A stretch of DNA of 28,921 bases from a virus (lineage: Duplodnaviria; Caudoviricetes): positions 1 to 28,921 of IMG/VR virus record IMGVR_UViG_3300020413_000987; one strand, given 5' to 3'. The translations under genes were made by a program, and so were the position numbers. Position 1 is the first letter of the stretch, and every line of letters starts with the position of its first letter. The notes beneath the pieces were generated by a model. That model made no database searches, was not told the DNA's origin, and worked only from the letters and a program-made list of their open reading frames with translations. Positions 24,306 to 28,921 of the stretch are shown here, one piece after another.

Positions 24306-27096
24306 AGCAGCAAATCTAGCACAGCAAGCTGCAATTGCTATAAATATGAAGAAGAAAGGTAAAAAACCTAAAAGAATGAATGAAGGTTCGCTACATAAGT
24401 GGTTCAAAGGATCCAAATCCAAAGACGGAAAAGGTGGTTGGGTTAATGTAGTTACAGGGGGAACATGTGCAAGTGATGAACCTGGTGAGGGTACACCTAA
24501 ATGCGTATCATCTTCAAAACGAGCAAGCATGAGTAAAAAGGAAAGACTCTCTGCTTCTAGAAGAAAGAAAAAAGCAGATCCTGGTCAACAATCAAAAACT
24601 GGTGCTGCAAAACCAACATACGTTTCAACTGATAAAAAGAAGAAAATGACAGAGGAATTAGAGTATATTGATCTACCACTTGAAGTAGAGATTCCAAACA
24701 GCGAATCAAAATTTAATTTAGGACTTATGTTCCGCGAAAGTTTAGATATTGATAAGGGAATGCTTTTTATATTTGAAGAAGTTGGACAACATTCTTTCCA
24801 TATGAAAAATACTCGTATACCACTAGATGTTGCATTTGTAAAAGAAGACGGAACTATTGAAAGTATCAAAGAATTAAACCCACATACACTTCTACCAGTA
24901 TCTTCAGATGGGGAAGTATTATTTGCAATCGAAGCAAATCGTGGTTGGTTTATAGAAAACAATGTAGAAGTTGGAGATGAAATAGTATTAGGAGAAGCAA
25001 AAGATAAGAAAGGTAAAGGTAGTGGATCTAAAGATGCTTGCTATCATAAAGTTAAATCAAGATATTCAGTTTGGCCAAGTGCATATGCATCAGGTGCTTT
25101 AGTTAAGTGTCGTAAGGTTGGTGCTGCAAACTGGGGTAATAAATCAGAAAGTTATGAGATAAATCCAGTAGCACACAAGGCAGCACAAAAGAAATCAAAG
25201 ATGCGTAACCTTGCAATAGGTAATACTAATCCTAATGAAAAGGCAGCAGCAGAGAAGAAAGCAGGTGGACCAAAATTAATAGGTGAGGAAGGGTATGATG
25301 TTGCAAGAGATCAAGGAAGGGTAAGTCCATCTAAAGACAAGAAAGATGCAACTACAATGCCACCAAGTGCAGAAATGAAAAAGACACAGAAGGTAAACAA
25401 AGGTCCTTCTGCTCTTGATCGTGTTAAAGCAAAGTATGGTAAGTCTGTGATGAAAATGGGAGAGGAATTAGATAGTAAGGATAAACCATTTGTAAAAGAC
25501 TTAGTTAAGAAACTAAGAGGTGGTTCTAAAACACATGCAAAACAAGCAGACGATTTAGAAAAAGCAGTAAATGAAGATATAAAAAGAGATGAGTATGGAG
25601 ATCCAGTAGGAGGTCCTAAAATCTCAAAGAAACAGAAAGCAAAAAATCTTGCATCAAATACACCTGATGAGCAACATACTACAACTACTTCAGAAGAAAA
25701 ACTTGATGAAAAGTGTTGGCCAGGTTATGAAAAGAAAGGTATGAAAACTATGTTTGGTAAGAGATATCCAAACTGTGTAAAGAAAAAAGTTAAAAAAGAA
25801 GAGTATTCAGACTGGAGACATGAGATTGAGACACAATCTTTACAAGAATATAGTACTCTGGTTAGACAGGGCATCAAAGTTGGAGGTAAGAAAGGTGGCA
25901 GAGCAGTTCAGGCAGGAGAGAAAGCAGTAATTGCCAAGGGTAGACAGGCACAGACCGCATCAAAACAAGGAAATCAATCTAAAATGGTTGGATCTGGTAG
26001 GTTTGAAAAGGCAGGTGCTATTGCAGGAGGACTTACTGGTGCTGTTGCAGGTGGTCTTGTTGATGGTCCTTTACCAATAGGCGATATCGTTGGTGGTATA
26101 GCAGGTTCTAAAGTTGGTGGTAAGATTGGTAGACAATTTGATAAGATAGGTGCTAAGAAACCCGTCAAAGAAGAAAATTTAGATGAAGGTATAGTAGATA
26201 AAATTAAAAAATTTGGAGAATATTTAGCACCTACTCCTGGTAAAGGAACATCTAATGAACCATCTGTAGCAGCTGGAACTAGAACTCCAAAGTCTACTAA
26301 CATGTTTAAGCATGTTCCAAGTATGAATAAAGATGGTACAACAGGACAATATGGAAAAAAAGGAACTACTGCTATAAAACAAGGAGCAGAAAAAGGTATA
26401 AATTCTGTTAAAGATAAAGCAGGAGACTTTGCAAAAAATCAGGGAATGAAAGTTGTAAAGAATGTTGCAGCACCTGCAGCTGCAGGACTAGCAGTATCTA
26501 AAGGTGTAGACGCTTTAATGAAACGTGGTAAGAATACACAAAAAGAATCATTTTCTAACTGGAGAGATGAAGTAGGTTATGAGGATAAGGATTCATCAAA
26601 AAAGATTGATGAAGATTGGCAGAAGGTTAATCGCAAAGACAAAACTGATGGTTTGAGTCAAAAAGCAGTTAACGCATATCGTAAAGAAAATCCTGGTTCA
26701 AAACTTAAAACTGCAGTTACAAAAGATCCTAAAAAATTAAAGAAGGGATCTAAGTCTGCAAAAAGAAGACTATCATTTTGTAGAAGAATGAAAGGTATGA
26801 AGAAAAAACTTACCTCTGCAAAGACAAGTAGAGATCCAGATTCAAGAATTAACAAAGCATTAAGGAGGTGGAATTGTAGTTATGAACCAACAGGAACAAC
26901 AATCACAGAAAAATCAGTCTCAAAAAAGCAACAAAGGTTCTTCGGGATTGTTAGAGCGGCTCAAAAAGGTACTCTCGAAGGCGAAGCGTCGCCACAGATT
27001 CAAAGAGCTGCTGCCAGCATGACCAAAAAAGATGTAAAAAAATATGCATCAACCGATCATAAAGGATTACCAGAGAAGGTAAAATCAGAAGAATGA
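24286..27096 (+). CDS. modular polyprotein-like protein with a DUF192 domain and several small basic modules
   Basis: AAGGAGG upstream of ATG 24286 (track start 24262). DUF192 motifs GLMFRESL, GMLFIF, FHMKNTRIPLDVAF, AIEANRG. C-terminal DUF3008-like KSVSKKQQRFFG...ASTDHKGLPEKV. Confidence 0.88.
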   Translation: MSYPMDEAANLAQQAAIAINMKKKGKKPKRMNEGSLHKWFKGSKSKDGKGGWVNVVTGGTCASDEPGEGTPKCVSSSKRASMSKKERLSASRRKKKADPGQQSKTGAAKPTYVSTDKKKKMTEELEYIDLPLEVEIPNSESKFNLGLMFRESLDIDKGMLFIFEEVGQHSFHMKNTRIPLDVAFVKEDGTIESIKELNPHTLLPVSSDGEVLFAIEANRGWFIENNVEVGDEIVLGEAKDKKGKGSGSKDACYHKVKSRYSVWPSAYASGALVKCRKVGAANWGNKSESYEINPVAHKAAQKKSKMRNLAIGNTNPNEKAAAEKKAGGPKLIGEEGYDVARDQGRVSPSKDKKDATTMPPSAEMKKTQKVNKGPSALDRVKAKYGKSVMKMGEELDSKDKPFVKDLVKKLRGGSKTHAKQADDLEKAVNEDIKRDEYGDPVGGPKISKKQKAKNLASNTPDEQHTTTTSEEKLDEKCWPGYEKKGMKTMFGKRYPNCVKKKVKKEEYSDWRHEIETQSLQEYSTLVRQGIKVGGKKGGRAVQAGEKAVIAKGRQAQTASKQGNQSKMVGSGRFEKAGAIAGGLTGAVAGGLVDGPLPIGDIVGGIAGSKVGGKIGRQFDKIGAKKPVKEENLDEGIVDKIKKFGEYLAPTPGKGTSNEPSVAAGTRTPKSTNMFKHVPSMNKDGTTGQYGKKGTTAIKQGAEKGINSVKDKAGDFAKNQGMKVVKNVAAPAAAGLAVSKGVDALMKRGKNTQKESFSNWRDEVGYEDKDSSKKIDEDWQKVNRKDKTDGLSQKAVNAYRKENPGSKLKTAVTKDPKKLKKGSKSAKRRLSFCRRMKGMKKKLTSAKTSRDPDSRINKALRRWNCSYEPTGTTITEKSVSKKQQRFFGIVRAAQKGTLEGEASPQIQRAAASMTKKDVKKYASTDHKGLPEKVKSEE

Positions 27097-27263
27097 ATGA
27101 ATCTGCAGCAGTCAAAAAAGTAATCGACGTTGTTAGAGGTAAAAAACCAGAAAGAAAACCTCAAAAAGCAATGGACGCAGGTGCAAGAGGTAGAAGATTA
27201 CTACAAAGAAGAGAGTATAAAGCAAAGATATCTCCATTCATACCATCAGAGTTAGAAGACTAA
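27093..27263 (+). CDS. small basic protein, 56 aa (not in ORF track)
   Basis: MNESAAVKKVIDVVRGKKPERKPQKAMDAGARGRRLLQRREYKAKISPFIPSELED; ATGA coupling. Confidence 0.75.
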   Translation: MNESAAVKKVIDVVRGKKPERKPQKAMDAGARGRRLLQRREYKAKISPFIPSELED

Positions 27264-27274
27264 CTATTATTATA

Positions 27275-27282
27275 CATAAATA
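27275..27282 (+). promoter_or_regulatory. T4-type late promoter
   Basis: CATAAATA in an intergenic gap, 30 nt before ATG 27313. Confidence 0.65.
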
Positions 27283-27312
27283 TATCTAGAAAACGATTAT
27301 AGGTAACGTATT

Positions 27313-27858
27313 ATGTCTCTTTGGGGCAATAAAGATTTAATTGCTGAATCAGGTACTATAACAATCAACACATCCACAGGTGTCATTACTGGTTCCTCCA
27401 CAACATTTACTACAGCAGGTGTTGCCGAAGGAGATGTTATTGTCGTGGGAGCAGGTGCTACTTACGGATATGGTGTTATAGATTCTGTCGCAAGCAATAC
27501 ATCCGCAACATTAAAAGAAGTCGCACATCTAATTCCAGATGCTAACGATGCAATTCAAACAAACACAGCATATTTCATCAATCAGGAACCAAAATCTTCC
27601 TTCAAGGGTGGACAGTTCGCTGCTCCTGATGCTAAGAGTAACTACTACTCTAGTGTATTTGGTGTAGATACAACTGAGCAAGATGCAGTTAATGGTAAAA
27701 CTGGCGATGCTCGTAAGTACGCAGCACCACATGCAGGTTGGGTTGGAGTTACTACATACAATAACTCGGACGGAACTCTAAGAGTTAAAACTGAAGTATT
27801 AGTTGCTTCAAGCAGTATCTCTGGAGACCAAGAGGACAGCGCATACCCTAACTCCTAA
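27313..27858 (+). CDS. probable virion structural protein
   Basis: T/G/S/A-rich beta composition; MSLWG start and HAGWV...RVKTEVLVA end; C-ending codon bias; late promoter upstream. Confidence 0.7.
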   Translation: MSLWGNKDLIAESGTITINTSTGVITGSSTTFTTAGVAEGDVIVVGAGATYGYGVIDSVASNTSATLKEVAHLIPDANDAIQTNTAYFINQEPKSSFKGGQFAAPDAKSNYYSSVFGVDTTEQDAVNGKTGDARKYAAPHAGWVGVTTYNNSDGTLRVKTEVLVASSSISGDQEDSAYPNS

Positions 27859-27899
27859 TAATACATTTAGTATTAAATTTTACATTTTAATAATATGAC

Positions 27900-28274
27900 A
27901 TGAGATTTGATGAATTGAATGAAAATAACTACTTGTTATTTGCTATAAAATTTTACGACAATCCTCAAGCAGTAACTAAAGAGGACTTTGAAGATGATTT
28001 AAAACGAATCAAGTACATTAAGAGGTTATTGAAAAGATATAAGAACACAGGAGTTCTTAAAACACATCTTATCCTTAACCATCTTATTGTATTATTCAAC
28101 GTCTTTAATGATGCTACTGTTCCACTATTGTTGTATAATTTAGAAGAAGATCTCTGGCCAGCGATTAAAAGTTTTTTAATGTTTTTAAATCGCATTCCAG
28201 AATATCCCCCTTCAAGTATACATAAGATCGATGAAGATCAAGTTTGCGTTACTCAGTTAAACGAAGAAATCTAA
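27900..28274 (+). CDS. conserved T4-like hypothetical protein
   Basis: NYLLFAIKFYDNPQ...EDLKRIKYIKRLL...LILNHLIVLFNVF. Confidence 0.85.
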   Translation: MRFDELNENNYLLFAIKFYDNPQAVTKEDFEDDLKRIKYIKRLLKRYKNTGVLKTHLILNHLIVLFNVFNDATVPLLLYNLEEDLWPAIKSFLMFLNRIPEYPPSSIHKIDEDQVCVTQLNEEI

Positions 28275-28471
28275 TGGATATTGATAGAATTATTTCTATT
28301 ATTCGGACTTTGAAAGAAGAGGGTGCAGTTGCTATGCCAACAAATAATGTAAGTAGTGGTAATATCGCAGGTACAAAAGCAGCAGGAGATGATCCTCCTG
28401 TAAGAAAAAAGAAAAAATACATCTATGGTGGTAGAGGATCAAGAAAAATGTGGTTAACTAACCAAAAGTAA
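28274..28471 (+). CDS. small basic hypothetical protein, 65 aa
   Basis: ATG at 28274 in a TAATG overlap: MDIDRIISIIRTLKEE...PTNN...DDPPVRKKKK. Confidence 0.75.
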   Translation: MDIDRIISIIRTLKEEGAVAMPTNNVSSGNIAGTKAAGDDPPVRKKKKYIYGGRGSRKMWLTNQK

Positions 28472-28477
28472 TAAATA
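28470..28477 (+). promoter_or_regulatory. T4-type late promoter
   Basis: AATAAATA, 26 nt before GTG 28504. Confidence 0.55.
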
Positions 28478-28503
28478 TGTTTGGAGTATAAACACCTAGA
28501 AGA

Positions 28504-28884
28504 GTGGACGACAATAATATCAATACAGCAATATTAGAACGCTTAGAGCGTGTAGTTGAGACCCTGCAGGAGAACTCTGTAAAGATGGGTCAACTTCTTG
28601 CTGTTCATAATGAAAAATTAGATAAACAGGATAGAATAGATGCGGTATTATTTGAGAAGATTGAATCGTTACACAAAGACTTGGAAAGGACAACTACAGA
28701 GATTAAAAAGGGGTGTGAGAGAGATATTCGGTTAGTAGATAATAGACTCCGTGTTATGGAGAAGAAGATGTGGAGTATATTTGGTGCATTAAGTATAATA
28801 AGTTTCATAGTATCCCCAATTGGGCAAAGATTTGTAAGAGGATTGACAGTTCCACCACAAACGAGTATAATACAAGAAAAGTAA
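28504..28884 (+). CDS. coiled-coil protein with C-terminal transmembrane helix
   Basis: Heptad-rich N-terminus; MWSIFGALSIISFIVSPIG TM segment. Confidence 0.8.
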   Translation: MDDNNINTAILERLERVVETLQENSVKMGQLLAVHNEKLDKQDRIDAVLFEKIESLHKDLERTTTEIKKGCERDIRLVDNRLRVMEKKMWSIFGALSIISFIVSPIGQRFVRGLTVPPQTSIIQEK

Positions 28885-28894
28885 TTACTATACA

Positions 28895-28921
28895 ATGAGT
28901 GAAGTTCATTTCAAGAAGCAC
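28895..28921 (+). CDS. 5' start of the next gene (partial), MSEVHFKKH...
   Basis: ATG at 28895, open to the window end. Confidence 0.5.

Noticed and set aside
27859-27875. Inverted repeat TAATAC-ATTTA-GTATTA after the structural gene
   Set aside because: Almost all A-T pairs with no adjacent clean U-tract; too weak to call a terminator.
534-28895. All minus-strand ORFs in the track (e.g. 1166-1378, 5206-5502, 12777-13109, 18242-18646, 24585-24962, 25974-26303)
   Set aside because: They overlap well-supported + strand genes, have no recognisable motifs, and show the Ser/Phe/Leu/Ile-rich composition of antisense shadows.

Overview
AT-rich segment of a T4-like cyanomyovirus genome, probably infecting Prochlorococcus or Synechococcus. 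All credible genes are on the + strand. The left two-thirds is the replication module (gp44, gp62, regA, hsp20, gp43, uvsX, gp41, mazG), interrupted by islands of host-like genes: psbN (missing from the ORF track), dam, gcvP, a HAD phosphomannomutase, DUF2997/DUF1257, a cytidylyltransferase, pyrE, DoxX and three 2OG-Fe(II) oxygenase-like genes. Three structured RNA elements sit in intergenic leaders: a manA-like RNA, a ROSE-like hairpin over the hsp20 ribosome-binding site, and an unassigned pseudoknot ahead of the polymerase operon. The right third is a cluster behind late-promoter-like motifs. Its proteins carry a T4-type capsid-targeting leader and many hydrophobic-X-Glu junctions. The 944-aa and 575-aa ORFs read like protease-processed polyproteins of small cationic, two-cysteine, glycine-zipper and DUF modules, which is the best candidate for an undescribed system. 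All family assignments come from recognising motifs by eye; no searches were run.
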